This document shows positions 37,919 through 50,396 of a DNA stretch of 64,000 nucleotides, one piece after another (position 1 is the stretch's first letter; each line of letters opens with the position of its first letter). Source of the stretch: Candidatus Fervidifonticultor sextus (GTDB lineage: Bacteria; Sysuimicrobiota; Sysuimicrobiia; Sysuimicrobiales; Humicultoraceae); contig JAVKHQ010000002.1 of assembly GCA_031459875.1 (NCBI GenBank), forward strand, positions 41,965 to 105,964, read 5' to 3'. The notes under the pieces were generated by a model. The model made no database searches, was not told the origin of the DNA, and saw only the letters and a program-made list of their open reading frames with translations. The translations under genes and the position numbers were made by a program.

Positions 37919-39025
37919 ATGAGGATCGTAGAGATCGCGGTCTTCGGCTACGACCTGCACTACGTCCACGGCGACTACGTGATGTCCGGGGGACGCACCG
38001 TGCGCGCGCTGCCCTCCACCGTGACCAGGGTGACGACCGACGAGGGGGTCGTCGGGTGGGGGGAGACGTGTCCGCTGGGGCAGACCTACCTGCCGGCCTT
38101 CGCCGGGGGCGCCCGGGCGGCCCTGCGCGAACTGGCGCCGGCGCTGGTGGGCGCCGACCCCTGCAACCTGGCCGAGGTGCACCGGCGGCTCGACGGCGCC
38201 CTGGCTGGCTTCGGCTACGCGAAGAGCCCGCTGGAGATCGCCTGCTGGGACATCTTCGGCCGGGCGAGCGGCCAGCCGCTCTACACGCTGCTGGGCGGGC
38301 AGCGGCAGGCGCGCTACCCGCTCTACGTGGCGGTGCCTCTGGGCAGCGCCGAGGCGATGGTGGCGTACGTGCGCGCGCGGCAGGCCGAGGGCATCCACCG
38401 CTTCCAGTTGAAGGTCGGCGCCGATCCGCGCGACGATGCCGAGCGCGTCCGACGGGTGGTGGAGGCCACGGGCGACGACGACCTCGTCATCGCGGACGCC
38501 AACGGCGGATGGCGCCTGCAGGATGCGGTGGTCGCCGCACGCCTGCTGGAGCCGCTGCCCCGCGTGTTCCTGGAGCAGCCGTGTCCGACGCTGGAGGAGT
38601 GCGCTGCGGTCAGGAGGGTGACGACGCTGCCGATGGTCTACGACGAGGTCGTCACCGACGTCCCCTCGCTGCTGGCCGCCGTCCAGGTCGGCGGGGCCAG
38701 CGCGGTCAACCTCAAGATCAGCCGGGTCGGCGGGCTGAGCCGGGCCCGGGTGCTGTGCGACCTCGCTCAGGCGCTGGGCCTGTCGGTGACGATCGAGGAC
38801 ACCTGGGGCGGGGACGTCACCACGGCGGCGGTCAGCCACCTGGCGGCCACGGTGGCGCCCGAGGCCCTCTTCACCGTCTCCTTCATGAACGACTGGACGG
38901 CAGAGCACATCGCCGGCCACCAGCCGCGCTCCCACCAGGGCGTCGGCGGGCCGAACCCGGGGCCGGGGCTGGGCATCGAGGTGGACGTCGAGGCCCTCGG
39001 GCCGCCGCTGTTCACCTGTCGGTAG
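37919..39025 (+). CDS. Mandelate racemase/muconate lactonizing enzyme family (hydroxyproline-betaine epimerase/dehydratase-like)
   Basis: GWGETCPLG, FQLKVG, DANGG, EQP, YDE, NLKISRVGG, EDTWG. Confidence 0.88.
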   Translation: MRIVEIAVFGYDLHYVHGDYVMSGGRTVRALPSTVTRVTTDEGVVGWGETCPLGQTYLPAFAGGARAALRELAPALVGADPCNLAEVHRRLDGALAGFGYAKSPLEIACWDIFGRASGQPLYTLLGGQRQARYPLYVAVPLGSAEAMVAYVRARQAEGIHRFQLKVGADPRDDAERVRRVVEATGDDDLVIADANGGWRLQDAVVAARLLEPLPRVFLEQPCPTLEECAAVRRVTTLPMVYDEVVTDVPSLLAAVQVGGASAVNLKISRVGGLSRARVLCDLAQALGLSVTIEDTWGGDVTTAAVSHLAATVAPEALFTVSFMNDWTAEHIAGHQPRSHQGVGGPNPGPGLGIEVDVEALGPPLFTCR

Positions 39026-39079
39026 GGGAAGAGGGAGCCGGTCCGGTGCCAGCGAATCCGGCGTCTCGAGGAGTCAGGG

Positions 39080-39892
39080 ATGCATCCTCCTGCCTACTGG
39101 CGGGGCGAGATCAGAGCGGGCCGCTGGCGAAATCCGACCGCCGGGCTGGCGCCCGGCTACCTCCAGGCCAATCTGGTGGTCGTCCCGCAGGCTGCGGCGG
39201 CGGCGTTCCGTCTGTTCTGTGCACGCAACCCCAAACCGTGCCCGCTGCTGGAGGTCACCGCGCCCGGTGACCCGGAGCCGCGCGCCACCGCCCCCGGTGC
39301 CGACCTGCGCACCGACGTCCCCCGCTATCGGATCTACTGCGACGGAGAGTTGGTCGAGGAGCGCGACGACCTCACTGACCTCTGGCGGCCGGACCTCGTC
39401 GCGTTCCTGCTGGGCTGCTCGTTCACCTTCGAGGACGCGCTGCAGCGCGCGGGCCTGCCGATCCGTCACCTCGAGTGCGGCTGCAACGTGCCGATGTACG
39501 TCACCAACCGACCGTGCCATCCGGTCGGGCCGTTTGCCGGACCGCTGGTGGTCAGCATGCGGCCGTTTGCCGCCGAGGACGTCCCACGGGTGGTGGAGAT
39601 CACTGGCCGCTATCCGCTCGCGCACGGGGCCCCGGTGCACGTCGGCGACCCCGGGGCGCTGGGCATCGAGGACCTCAACAGCCCGGACTACGGGGATCCG
39701 GTGCCGGTGGCCCCCGGGGAGGTGCCGGTGTTCTGGGCGTGCGGCGTGACCCCCCAGGCGGTGGCCCGGGCGGCCCGGCTCCCGGTGATGCTCACCCACG
39801 CGCCGGGGCACATGTTCATCACCGATGTGGATGCCAAGGAGGCGCATGTCTTCGAGACCACCCCTGCCAGGGGATCGGGGAGGGAGCCATGA
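39080..39892 (+). CDS. DUF1445 putative hydro-lyase (D-glutamate cyclase-like)
   Basis: [54 protein letters not shown]. Confidence 0.92.
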   Translation: MHPPAYWRGEIRAGRWRNPTAGLAPGYLQANLVVVPQAAAAAFRLFCARNPKPCPLLEVTAPGDPEPRATAPGADLRTDVPRYRIYCDGELVEERDDLTDLWRPDLVAFLLGCSFTFEDALQRAGLPIRHLECGCNVPMYVTNRPCHPVGPFAGPLVVSMRPFAAEDVPRVVEITGRYPLAHGAPVHVGDPGALGIEDLNSPDYGDPVPVAPGEVPVFWACGVTPQAVARAARLPVMLTHAPGHMFITDVDAKEAHVFETTPARGSGREP

Positions 39893-41175
39893 TGACACGG
39901 ATCTCTCGACGCAGGTTCCTGCAATACTCGGGCGCCGGAGTGGGGGCGCTGGTCCTGGGAGACCGGCTGGCGGGAATGCTGGCGGCCCAGGAACCGACGG
40001 TGGCTGTCGGCGCGGTCTACCCGCTCACCGGCGCGCTGGCACGCATCGGCGCGGCGATTCGCAACGGCATCGAACTGGCGGCCGAGATCGTGAACACCCC
40101 GCACCCGGACCTGACGCTGCCGCTGGCGGCCGCCTCGGGACTGCCCAGGCTGGGCAACCGGAAGATCCGCCTCATCTGGGGCGACTCGCGCGGCGACCCG
40201 GCCACCGGGCGCGCCGAGGCCGAGCGGCTCATCGAGCGGGAGCGCGTGGTGGCGCTGATCGGCTCCTACCAGAGCGCGGTGACGGCCACCGCGAGCCTGG
40301 CGGCCGAGGCGAAGGGCATTCCCTTCCTCAACCCCGAATCGTCGTCGCCCCGGCTCACCGAGCGGGGCTTCAAGTGGTTCTTCCGCACGGGTCCCCACGA
40401 CACTACCTTCACCAAACTGTTCTTCGACCTGATGGAGGACTTGAAGCGGCGCGGGCACCGGATCACCCGGGTGGCCGTCCTGGCCGAGGATACCGAGTTC
40501 GGGGCCACCGCCGCCGGTGTGGCGGAGGGGTTTGCCCGGGTCTACCGGTACGACCTCGTCGGCAAGGAACTGTACACCTCGCCCCCGGCCAGCCTGACCG
40601 CCGAGTTCCTGCGGCTGCGCGCCCAGAACCCGGACGTGATCATCGGCGCCAACTATCTGGTGGACGCCATCCAGATCGTCCGGACGCTGAAGGAGATGCG
40701 CTGGTTCCCCCAGGGCTTCATGGTCCACGCCGGCTTCACCACCGTGCCCGACTTCCTCCAGGCCGCCGGCAGGGACGGGTGGTACTTCCTGGCCCGCGCG
40801 CCGTGGGCGCTGGGCATCGGGCGGCGCAAGCCGCTGGTGGCCCGCGTCAACGACCTCTACAGGCGGAAGTACGGCTCGGACATGGACGAGGTCGTCGCGC
40901 GTGCCTTCACCGGCATGCTGTGCCTGGCGGATGCCATCAACCGCGCCGGCGGGACCGCGCCGGCCGCGATCCAGAAGGCCCTCCAGGAAACCAGCATTCC
41001 GGGCGCGCAGCTCATCATGCCGTGGGAGGGCATCGAGTTCGACGGCCGGGGCCAGAACAAGCACGCCGCCGGGCTCATGGTCCAGATCCTGGACGGCGAC
41101 TACAAGGTGGTGTGGCCGTTCGAGATCGCCGAGGCTCCGATCGTCTGGCCGGCCCCCCCGTGGGACCGGCGCTAG
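39889..41175 (+). CDS. Branched-chain amino acid-type ABC substrate-binding protein, Tat-exported
   Basis: [26 protein letters not shown]. Confidence 0.9.
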   Translation: MMTRISRRRFLQYSGAGVGALVLGDRLAGMLAAQEPTVAVGAVYPLTGALARIGAAIRNGIELAAEIVNTPHPDLTLPLAAASGLPRLGNRKIRLIWGDSRGDPATGRAEAERLIERERVVALIGSYQSAVTATASLAAEAKGIPFLNPESSSPRLTERGFKWFFRTGPHDTTFTKLFFDLMEDLKRRGHRITRVAVLAEDTEFGATAAGVAEGFARVYRYDLVGKELYTSPPASLTAEFLRLRAQNPDVIIGANYLVDAIQIVRTLKEMRWFPQGFMVHAGFTTVPDFLQAAGRDGWYFLARAPWALGIGRRKPLVARVNDLYRRKYGSDMDEVVARAFTGMLCLADAINRAGGTAPAAIQKALQETSIPGAQLIMPWEGIEFDGRGQNKHAAGLMVQILDGDYKVVWPFEIAEAPIVWPAPPWDRR

Positions 41176-41238
41176 ACCACCCCGGGGGGACCCGCCGGGC
41201 GGGTGCCCCCGGGCCCCGGGTCAGGTAGGGCCCATCCG

Positions 41239-42102
41239 GTGGACCTCTTCTTCCACGCGGCGGTCAATGGGGTGGTCCTGGGGCTCGTCTACGCCCTGGT
41301 GGCGCTGGGCCTGTCCTTCATCTGGGGCGTCATGGACGTGGTGAACTTGGCCCACGCCGAGTACCTGATGCTGGCGCTGTACGCCACCTACTGGCTGTGG
41401 GCGCTGGGCCGCGTGGATCCCGCCCTGGCGGTGCCGGTGGTGGTCCCGCTGTTCTTCCTCCTCGGGTGGCTCACCTACCGCCTGCTGGTCCGCCATCTCC
41501 TGCGGGCGCCGCTCGCCACGCAGATCTTCGCGACGTTCGGCCTCCTCTTCTTCCTCAGGTACTCGGCCTTTGCGGCGTTCGGCCCCAACGTGCGCGGGGC
41601 GCTGGAGGTCGCCGCGCCTGCCAGCCTCAGCCTGCTCGGCGTCCCGATCGCGGCGCCGAAACTGGTCGCCGCCGTCGTCTCGCTGGCCGCGTTTGGCGCC
41701 CTGGCGCTGTTCCTGCGCCGCACGAAGACCGGCCGGGCCCTGCAGGCGGTCGCCCAGAACCGCGACGTGGCCCTCGCGCTGGGCATCCCGGCGGACCGCA
41801 TGTACGCGCTGGCGTGGGGGATTGGCATCGCCAGCGTGGCGCTGGCCGGCGTGCTGCTCTTCCCCTTCTACCAGGTGTCGCCCACGATCGGCGATGCGTT
41901 CCTGCTCATCGCCTTTGCCAGCGTCGTGCTGGGTGGGTTCGGCCGGGTGGATGGAGCGCTGGTCGGCGGAATCTGCATCGGGCTGGTGGAGAATGTGCTG
42001 GGCACCCTCCTGCTGCCCACGTTCAAGCTGCTGTTCGTGTTCGCCGTCTTCGTGCTGATCCTGCTGGTCCGGCCCGAAGGCCTGGTGGGCGAGCCACAGT
42101 AA
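41239..42102 (+). CDS. ABC permease (LivH-like)
   Basis: YALVALGLSFIWGVMDVVNLAH, TKTGRALQA, VLGGFG, RPEGL. Confidence 0.9.
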   Translation: MDLFFHAAVNGVVLGLVYALVALGLSFIWGVMDVVNLAHAEYLMLALYATYWLWALGRVDPALAVPVVVPLFFLLGWLTYRLLVRHLLRAPLATQIFATFGLLFFLRYSAFAAFGPNVRGALEVAAPASLSLLGVPIAAPKLVAAVVSLAAFGALALFLRRTKTGRALQAVAQNRDVALALGIPADRMYALAWGIGIASVALAGVLLFPFYQVSPTIGDAFLLIAFASVVLGGFGRVDGALVGGICIGLVENVLGTLLLPTFKLLFVFAVFVLILLVRPEGLVGEPQ

Positions 42103-42151
42103 CCGGGCACTGACAGGGCGGCGGTGACGGACCGGCGGTGACGGACCGGCG

Positions 42152-43914
<1,763 letters not shown>

Positions 43915-43918
<4 letters not shown>

Positions 43919-44676
43919 GCGGTAACCCCACACCCACCACGTCGCCTGCCGGGCGTGCGGACGGCGTCCTGCTGGAACTCGCCGACGTCCACGCCGGCTA
44001 CGACCGCCGGGAGGTGATCCGCGGGGTCAGCCTGCACGTGCGCGCGGCGGAGATCGTCGCCATGATCGGCCCCAACGGCGCCGGCAAGTCCACGCTGCTC
44101 AAGACGGTCTTCGGCTTCCTCGTCCCATCGGCCGGCGAGATCCGCTTTGCCGGCGAGCCTATTGGGGGGCGCACGCCGCCCGAGGTGCTCCGTCGCGGCA
44201 TCTGCTACGTGATGCAGGGCTACAGCATCCTGCCCAACCTCACGGTGGAGGAGAACCTGGAGTTGGGCGCCTACATCCGCAGCGACCGCCGCGTGCGGGA
44301 GGACGTGGCGCGGGTGCTGGACCTCTTCCCGGTCCTCCGGGAGCGACGCCGGCAGCGGGCGCGCGTGCTCTCCGGCGGCGAGCGGCGGATGCTGGAGTTG
44401 GCCCGCGTCCTGCTGCTGGCCCCCCGGCTGGTGCTTCTCGATGAACCGACCATCGGCCTGGCGCCCCGGGTCATCGACGAGGTGTACGGGATCGTGCACG
44501 ACCTGCGCGCCCGCGGCATCGCGCTATTTATCGTCGAGCAGAACGCCCGAACCGCCCTGCGCCACGCCGACCGCGCCTACGTGCTGGAGCAGGGGCGCGT
44601 GCGGTTCGAGGGCAGCGGGGAGGAAATCCTGCACCACCCGGAGGTCCAGCAGGCCTACCTGGGCCTGCAGCGGTAG
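43915..44676 (+). CDS. ABC ATPase (LivF-like)
   Basis: GPNGAGKST, LSGGERR, LLDEPTIGLAP, VEQNA. Confidence 0.9.
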
Positions 44677-44741
44677 CCCGGGCGACGGCCCGCCGTCTGC
44701 CTCGGGCAACAGACGCGCGGGCCGAGCGAGCGGCGCATCCC

Positions 44742-45617
44742 TCAGCCGGCCACCTCGGCCAGCCCGTCCTGGATCACGGCCTTGCCCGCGGGATTGCGCG
44801 TCTCAAACCCGTAGACGCTGCGGCCCTCGTGCTCCCCGGCTGGCCAGAGGTAGGTGGTGATCGTCTGGCCCGGGAGTACCGGCCGGGCGAAGCGCACCGC
44901 GAGGCGCACCAGCCGGGAGGGGTCGTTCTGGCAGGCGTGTTCGATGAGGACGCGGCCGACGAACGCCATGGTGCACATGCCGTGGACGATGATGCCCGGC
45001 AGGCCCACCGACCGGGCGACGTCGGGGTCCAGGTGAATCGGGTTCCGGTCGCCGGACGCCTCGGCATACCGGTAGGTCTGGTCTCCATCGAGCGTCTGAG
45101 AAACAGCCACGATGCGCCCGGCGGCCTCCGCCTGGGCCTTGGCCTCGGGCGGTATCCGGTGATCGGGCGCCATCTCGCCGGCGGCCTGGCCCCTGAACCT
45201 GCGGCGGAAGACGAGCGTGACGTAGGTCTCGTTGAGCAGGTCGCCGTGGACATCGCGCGTCCGCGTCTTGATCACCACCGTCGTCCCGAAGACCCCGGGG
45301 TGGACGCCGACCGGCGCCGCCTGTGTGCGCAGCACCATCCCGGGCACAATGGGCCGGTAGATGCGCACGTCCTGACCGCCGTGGAGCCCCCACCGGCGGT
45401 CCTCCCGGGCAATCAGCCGATCCACAACCCGGTCGATGTGCTCGCCGATGGGCACGCCGGCGAACAGAGGCGGCGCCACCATTCCGGCCGCATGCAGGGG
45501 GTGGACATCGTTCGTAGCAGCCGCGTAGGCTCTGACGTGCTCCACCTCCACGGTGAAGGGGCGTTCTTCGGTCCACTCCCCCAACCGGTCCAGTTCAACG
45601 TGAAGCGTCTCCGTCAT
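44742..45617 (-). CDS. Double hot-dog MaoC-like (R)-enoyl-CoA hydratase
   Basis: YAAATND, APPLF, YAEASGDRNPIHLD, IVHGMCT, RFARPVLPG. Confidence 0.88.
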   Translation of the reverse strand: MTETLHVELDRLGEWTEERPFTVEVEHVRAYAAATNDVHPLHAAGMVAPPLFAGVPIGEHIDRVVDRLIAREDRRWGLHGGQDVRIYRPIVPGMVLRTQAAPVGVHPGVFGTTVVIKTRTRDVHGDLLNETYVTLVFRRRFRGQAAGEMAPDHRIPPEAKAQAEAAGRIVAVSQTLDGDQTYRYAEASGDRNPIHLDPDVARSVGLPGIIVHGMCTMAFVGRVLIEHACQNDPSRLVRLAVRFARPVLPGQTITTYLWPAGEHEGRSVYGFETRNPAGKAVIQDGLAEVAG

Positions 45618-45732
45618 TTCCTGACCCCTGCGCCGACAACTTCCGGGACGGCCGGATGCCTTCTCCTGGGTGCCCGGATTCCCGTCCGGAGGTCGCGCCC
45701 ACCCCTTTCGGGCCGTGTCGTATAATCCCTCC

Positions 45733-46467
45733 GTGGCCGCGCTTCCGCCGCTGCGAGGCGTCATCTTCGACCTCGGCGGGACGCTCATCTACCCGACCAC
45801 GACCGACGAGCACGGCATCCGCTCGCTCGCGGCCTGGCTGCGTGCGCAGGGGTGGCCGGCGGATGTGGAGGACGCCATCCGCCAGGCGCGGCGCTGGGTC
45901 CTGGCGATGACCGCGCAGACCGGCCGGCAACACACCATGGCGGAGGGGATCCGACAGGCGCTGGCTCGCTGCGGCCGGCCTGCGCCCGACGACGGGTTCG
46001 TCCACGAAGCAGAGCAGGTTTTCTTCGGACCCGAACTGGCCGGGTACCGCCCCTTCCCCCACGCCCACGAACTGCTGCGGCGCCTGCAGGCGGCAGGACT
46101 GCGGACGGGCTGCATCTCCAACGCCACGTCGCACTGGCTGGTCGAGCGCATCGTGGATCAGATGGGATTCCGCCCCTACCTGGACCCCGTGGTCTCCTCG
46201 GCGGCGTTCGGGCGGACGAAGCCCGATCCGCACATCTTCCGATCGGTCCTCGACCGGTGGGGCATCCCGCCGCAAGAGGCCGCCATGGTCGGCGACACGC
46301 TGGCCGCCGACATCGCCGGCGGCGCAGCGGCGGGCATGCGGACCCTCTACGTCACCATGCAGCCGCACCCCGGCAACGCCCGGTCCGCCGACGTCCGGGC
46401 CGACGCGGAGGCGGCGACGCTGGAGGAGGCGGAGCGAATCCTGCTGGAGTGGGCGGGGAGGGGCTAG
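45733..46467 (+). CDS. HAD family hydrolase, probably leaderless
   Basis: FDLGGTL, ISN, KPDPHIF, MVGDTLAADIAG; TATAAT at 45721-45726, 6 nt before the GTG. Confidence 0.88.
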   Translation: MAALPPLRGVIFDLGGTLIYPTTTDEHGIRSLAAWLRAQGWPADVEDAIRQARRWVLAMTAQTGRQHTMAEGIRQALARCGRPAPDDGFVHEAEQVFFGPELAGYRPFPHAHELLRRLQAAGLRTGCISNATSHWLVERIVDQMGFRPYLDPVVSSAAFGRTKPDPHIFRSVLDRWGIPPQEAAMVGDTLAADIAGGAAAGMRTLYVTMQPHPGNARSADVRADAEAATLEEAERILLEWAGRG

Positions 46468-46937
46468 CCGCCCCGGGCGACATCAATGAGACGCTGCAGC
46501 GCCGCCAGCGCGTCGTCCAGCCGGTCGGCGGGAACCAGCAGGTGGTCGTGGTGGAACGACGAGAGCACCCGTGCTTCAATGCCCGCCTCGGCCAGGGCGG
46601 CGGTGACGACCGTGAGGTAGGAGGCTGTGATCAGGTCCACCGTCGCCTCCAGGGTGACGAGCCGGTAGCCGCCCTCCTCCCGGGCCCCCCGGAACTTCGC
46701 GCGCACGCGCGCCCACTCGTCCTCGGCGAGGACAATGGTCTGCTCGTGGGGGAAGAACTGCACGAAGAAGGGGGCGTGCACCTCGGCCATGGCCTTGCGC
46801 ATGCTGACCTCGTAGAACGGGGAGACCCCGACGACCACAAACCCCCGGGGATCGATCCGCAGCGCCGTCGCGGCCAGCAGCCGGGCGATCTCGGGATCTG
46901 TCGGCACGGGATCCGTCTGATGGGGATCCATCGCCAA
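46464..46937 (-). CDS. ACT-domain protein (DUF2241/CASTOR-like)
   Basis: ALAEAGI...SSFHHDHLLVP...ALAAL. Confidence 0.75.
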   Translation of the reverse strand: MAMDPHQTDPVPTDPEIARLLAATALRIDPRGFVVVGVSPFYEVSMRKAMAEVHAPFFVQFFPHEQTIVLAEDEWARVRAKFRGAREEGGYRLVTLEATVDLITASYLTVVTAALAEAGIEARVLSSFHHDHLLVPADRLDDALAALQRLIDVARGG

Positions 46938-46944
46938 AGGGCGG

Positions 46945-48123
46945 TCAGGCGACGGCCCGCAGCGCCTGATCGAAGTCGGCGATCAGGTCGTCGGCGTCTT
47001 CCAGGCCCACCGACACGCGGATCAGGCCCTCGGTGATCCCCACCTGTTCCTGCTCGGCCCTGGGGATCCCGATGCTGGTGGTGGACGCGGGATGCGTGAC
47101 CAGCGTCTCGACCCCGCCCAGGCTGACGGCCAGCAGGCAGAGGCGCAGGGACTCCACGCAGCGCACGCCGGCTGCGAAACCGCCGCGCACCTCGAAGGAC
47201 AGCATGCCGCCGAAGCCGCGCATCTGACGCGAGGCGACGGCGTGGTGAGGGTGGGTGGGGAGCCCCGGATAGTGCACCGCCGCGACCCGGGGGTGGCCGG
47301 CCAGGAACTCCGCCAGCCGCCGGGCGTTCTGGTTGTGCCGCTCGACCCGCAGTCCCAGCGTCTTGAGGCCGCGCAGGAGCAACCAGGCGGCGAACGGATC
47401 GAGCACCGGCCCCAGGATGCGCAGTGTCCGGACGCACCGGCGGATCAGGTCGTGCCGGCCGACGATCACGCCGGCGGTGACGTCCGCATGCCCGCCCAGG
47501 TACTTGGTCGCGCTGTGCACGACCAGGTCGACGCCCAGCGCCAGCGGCGTCTGGTTGAAGGGCGAGGCGAAGGTGTTGTCCGCGATGGTCACCGCGCCGA
47601 CCCGCCGCGCGAGGGCCACCACAGCGGCGATGTCGGTCACCTGGATCAGCGGATTGTTGGGCGTCTCGATGTAGAGCAGCCGCGTGGTCGGCCGCAGCGC
47701 CCGCTCGTACGCGGCGGCGTCCACCGAGTCGATCAGCGTGACCTCCACCCCCCGCCCGGGGAGGATCTCCGTGAACAACTCGTAGGTCGCCTGATACACG
47801 GCGCGCGGAGAGACCACGTGGGTGCCCGGTTCGGTGACCGCAAGCACCGCGGTGGAGATCGCGCCCATCCCGGAGGCGGCCGCCAGGGCGTCCTCCCCGC
47901 CCTCCAGCAGCGCCATCCGTTCTTCGAACAGGCGCGTGGTGGGGTTGCCCCACCGCGTGTAGTACCACCCCTCGCCCCGGTCGGCGCCCAGGGCGGCGCC
48001 CTGCGCCATGGTGTCGAACCGGAATGTAGAGGTCTGGTAGATGGGGAGACTGACCGACTTCAAGGGATCTCGCACCGTCCCGCCGTGGATGGCACGGGTC
48101 TGAAAGCCCTGGAACTCGCCCAT
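46945..48123 (-). CDS. PLP-dependent transsulfuration enzyme (methionine gamma-lyase/cystathionine gamma-synthase family)
   Basis: PIYQTSTF, YTRWGNPT, SGMGAI, ETPNNP, DNTFASP, HSATKYLGGH, AVSLGGVETL. Confidence 0.92.
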   Translation of the reverse strand: MGEFQGFQTRAIHGGTVRDPLKSVSLPIYQTSTFRFDTMAQGAALGADRGEGWYYTRWGNPTTRLFEERMALLEGGEDALAAASGMGAISTAVLAVTEPGTHVVSPRAVYQATYELFTEILPGRGVEVTLIDSVDAAAYERALRPTTRLLYIETPNNPLIQVTDIAAVVALARRVGAVTIADNTFASPFNQTPLALGVDLVVHSATKYLGGHADVTAGVIVGRHDLIRRCVRTLRILGPVLDPFAAWLLLRGLKTLGLRVERHNQNARRLAEFLAGHPRVAAVHYPGLPTHPHHAVASRQMRGFGGMLSFEVRGGFAAGVRCVESLRLCLLAVSLGGVETLVTHPASTTSIGIPRAEQEQVGITEGLIRVSVGLEDADDLIADFDQALRAVA

Positions 48124-48252
48124 GGTCCTGCCTCCGAGGGAGTGCAACATGGCCCCATCGTGGTTCAGTCCTGCGGCGCGATTCCCTGCCGGAGGCACCG
48201 GACCCCGCAGAGCACGGAGGGGCATCCGTCGGCGCCTCCGAAGCATGGGGTG

Positions 48253-48885
48253 GTGACCCGCATCCTCCTCGTCCGGCACGGCCAGACCGAATGGAACCGC
48301 CAGGAGATCTTCCGCGGGCGGGCAGACGTACCCCCAAGTGAACTCGGGGTCAGGCAGGCGATGGCCGTGGCGGCGCGCCTCGCCAGCGAGGAGATCTCGG
48401 GTGTCTACTCCAGCCCGCTCCGCCGGGCGATGGTCACGGCACACCATGTGGCCGCCGCCGCGGGCCTTGCGCCTCGGGCCGTCGAGGACCTGACGGACAT
48501 GAGCTACGGGGCCTGGGAGGGGCAGCCCCACGACCGGGTCAGAGCGCGATACCCCGACCTCTACGCCCGCTGGCTCTCCGAGCCTCATCGGGTGCGGCCG
48601 CCGGAAGGCGAGACGCTCGCCGAAGTCCGCCGGCGGGCGACCGACGCGGTGCACCGCATCGCCGCCGACCATCCGAACGCCACCGTCGCCGTGGTGTCGC
48701 ATCGCGTGGTCAACAAGGTGCTGCTCTGCGCGACCCTCGGTCTTGGGGACGATGCCTTCTGGCGGATCCGGCAGGAGACCGGCTGTCTGAACGTCCTGGA
48801 GTGGACCGGGGATCCTCCCAGGGTCCTGCTGGTCAACGACGTCTGCCACCTGCGGGGGCTGGAGCGGGACCGATCCGACTTTTGA
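48253..48885 (+). CDS. Histidine phosphatase (phosphoglycerate mutase family)
   Basis: LVRHGQTEWN, SSPLRRA, GET, VSH. Confidence 0.9.
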   Translation: MTRILLVRHGQTEWNRQEIFRGRADVPPSELGVRQAMAVAARLASEEISGVYSSPLRRAMVTAHHVAAAAGLAPRAVEDLTDMSYGAWEGQPHDRVRARYPDLYARWLSEPHRVRPPEGETLAEVRRRATDAVHRIAADHPNATVAVVSHRVVNKVLLCATLGLGDDAFWRIRQETGCLNVLEWTGDPPRVLLVNDVCHLRGLERDRSDF

Positions 48886-48904
48886 GGAACGACGGCCTCT
48901 CGCA

Positions 48905-48933
48905 TTGACAGGGCGGCGTGGCCTGGGTACCAT
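48905..48933 (+). promoter_or_regulatory. Sigma70 promoter for fluoride riboswitch 1
   Basis: TTGACA-17 bp-TACCAT. Confidence 0.8.
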
Positions 48934-48950
48934 GAGCACGAACTGCATGA

Positions 48951-48998
48951 GGCGATGAGGCTCGCCCCAACTGCCGTCACCGGCTGATAGCCTCTACC
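48951..48998 (+). ncRNA. Fluoride riboswitch (crcB motif) 1
   Basis: GGCGATGAGGCTCGCC-CCAACTGCC-GTCACC-GGCTGATAGCCTCTAC: P1, pseudoknot GAGGC/GCCTC and GCTGAT core. Confidence 0.9.
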
Positions 48999-49023
48999 CG
49001 AGCGGGTAGGGGCGATTTCTTTT
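48990..49023 (+). terminator. Intrinsic terminator overlapping the aptamer 3' end
   Basis: GCCTCTACCC-GAGC-GGGTAGGGGC followed by GATTTCTTTT. Confidence 0.8.
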
Positions 49024-49066
49024 CCGCCGACCGCCCAACCGGATTCCAACAATCACGGGGGATCCC

Positions 49067-49954
49067 ATGACCGACACCTGGACCGCGATGCTGATGGGGA
49101 TGCTCATCTTCGCGGCGGCGCTCGTCTCCGTCGAGGTCGGGATCTCGGTGGCGCTCATCGAGATCATGGTGGGCGTGCTCGCCGGCAACATCCTGGGGCT
49201 GCACACGACTCCCTGGATCGACTTCCTGGCCGGCCTCGGCGGCATCGTCCTGACCTTCCTGGCCGGGGCTGAGGTCGATACCGACATGCTGCGGGAGCAG
49301 TTCACAGCCAGCCTCTGGGTCGGCGGGCTCTCGTTCCTGCTGCCGTTCCTGGCGGCCTGGGGGTTCGCCCTGTGGGTGCTGGACTGGACGCCGTCGGCCT
49401 CCAGACTCGCCGGGGTCGCGCTCTCGACGACCTCGCTGGCGGTGGTCTATGCCGTGCTGGTCGAGACCGGCCTGACCCAGACGCCGCTGGGCAAACTGAT
49501 CATGGCCAGCACCTTCATCACCGACTTCGGTACGGCCGCGGCGTTGAGCATCCTGTTCGCCCGGCCGACGCCGTGGATCCTGGCATTCCTGGCAGTCTCG
49601 GCGGTCATCATCGCGGCCATGCCGCGGCTGCAGCCCTGGTTCTTCCGGCGGTACGGCAACCGGATCATCGAACCCGAAATCAAGGGGGCGTTCGCCGCCC
49701 TGCTGGTGTTGTACACCACCCTCCTGATGAGCACCGGTCTGACCTTCGGGACGATCTCGTCCCTCTACGGCCTTCACGCGGGGATCATCGACCGGACGCA
49801 GTTCTCGCTGTTGGTGACCGCGGTCATCCTGAGCGCGGTGGTGCCGACGGTCATCGCCCAGCGCGTCTGCGATCCGCGGCGAGCAGGCCTCCGGCCGCAG
49901 CCTGCGCCCGCTGTAAGGTTCGCACCGTCAATGGAAGGCGGGGAGGACTCATGA
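49067..49954 (+). CDS. CPA2 cation:proton antiporter, apparently internally deleted
   Basis: LTFLAGAE, LSTTSLAVVY, LLMSTGLTFGTISS; only 295 aa. Confidence 0.8.
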   Translation: MTDTWTAMLMGMLIFAAALVSVEVGISVALIEIMVGVLAGNILGLHTTPWIDFLAGLGGIVLTFLAGAEVDTDMLREQFTASLWVGGLSFLLPFLAAWGFALWVLDWTPSASRLAGVALSTTSLAVVYAVLVETGLTQTPLGKLIMASTFITDFGTAAALSILFARPTPWILAFLAVSAVIIAAMPRLQPWFFRRYGNRIIEPEIKGAFAALLVLYTTLLMSTGLTFGTISSLYGLHAGIIDRTQFSLLVTAVILSAVVPTVIAQRVCDPRRAGLRPQPAPAVRFAPSMEGGEDS

Positions 49955-50391
49955 TCAGGCACATCCTTGTGGCGCACGACGGCTCCGAGGAAGCCCGGCG
50001 GGCCGTCGAGGTAGGGGTGGACCTGGCCCTGCGCTACGGCGCCAGGGCGACGCTGCTCACGGTCATCCAGCACCCGGCCTACGCGGCGACGGTCGGAGAG
50101 GTCCAGGAGGCCGACACCGAGAAGCGGACCTTCGCGGAGCGCCTCCAGCGGGAGGCGATCGAGGCGGCCCGGCTGCGCGGTCTGGACATGGCGGCAGCGG
50201 TCGTGCCGGGGCACCCGGCGGAGGCCATCGTGGACTACGCCCAGAGCCACGACGTGGACCTCATCGTGATGGGACACCGCGGCATGTCGAACCTGCGCCG
50301 CATTCTGGTCGGCAGCGTCGCGGACCGGGTTGTCGACCACGCCCCGTGCATGATCCTGGTCGTCCCGCGCGGGAGGCACCGTCGAGGGTAG
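49951..50391 (+). CDS. Universal stress protein
   Basis: ILVAHDGS, GHPAEAI, DLIVMGHRG...GSVADRV. Confidence 0.92.
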   Translation: MIRHILVAHDGSEEARRAVEVGVDLALRYGARATLLTVIQHPAYAATVGEVQEADTEKRTFAERLQREAIEAARLRGLDMAAAVVPGHPAEAIVDYAQSHDVDLIVMGHRGMSNLRRILVGSVADRVVDHAPCMILVVPRGRHRRG

Positions 50392-50396
50392 AAGAC

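Noticed and set aside
48124..48250. Possible SAM riboswitch upstream of the transsulfuration enzyme
   Set aside because: No SAM-I core (ATC.AGAG, GCAACC, GTGC.AA) could be found; the spacer is short and shared with a divergent gene
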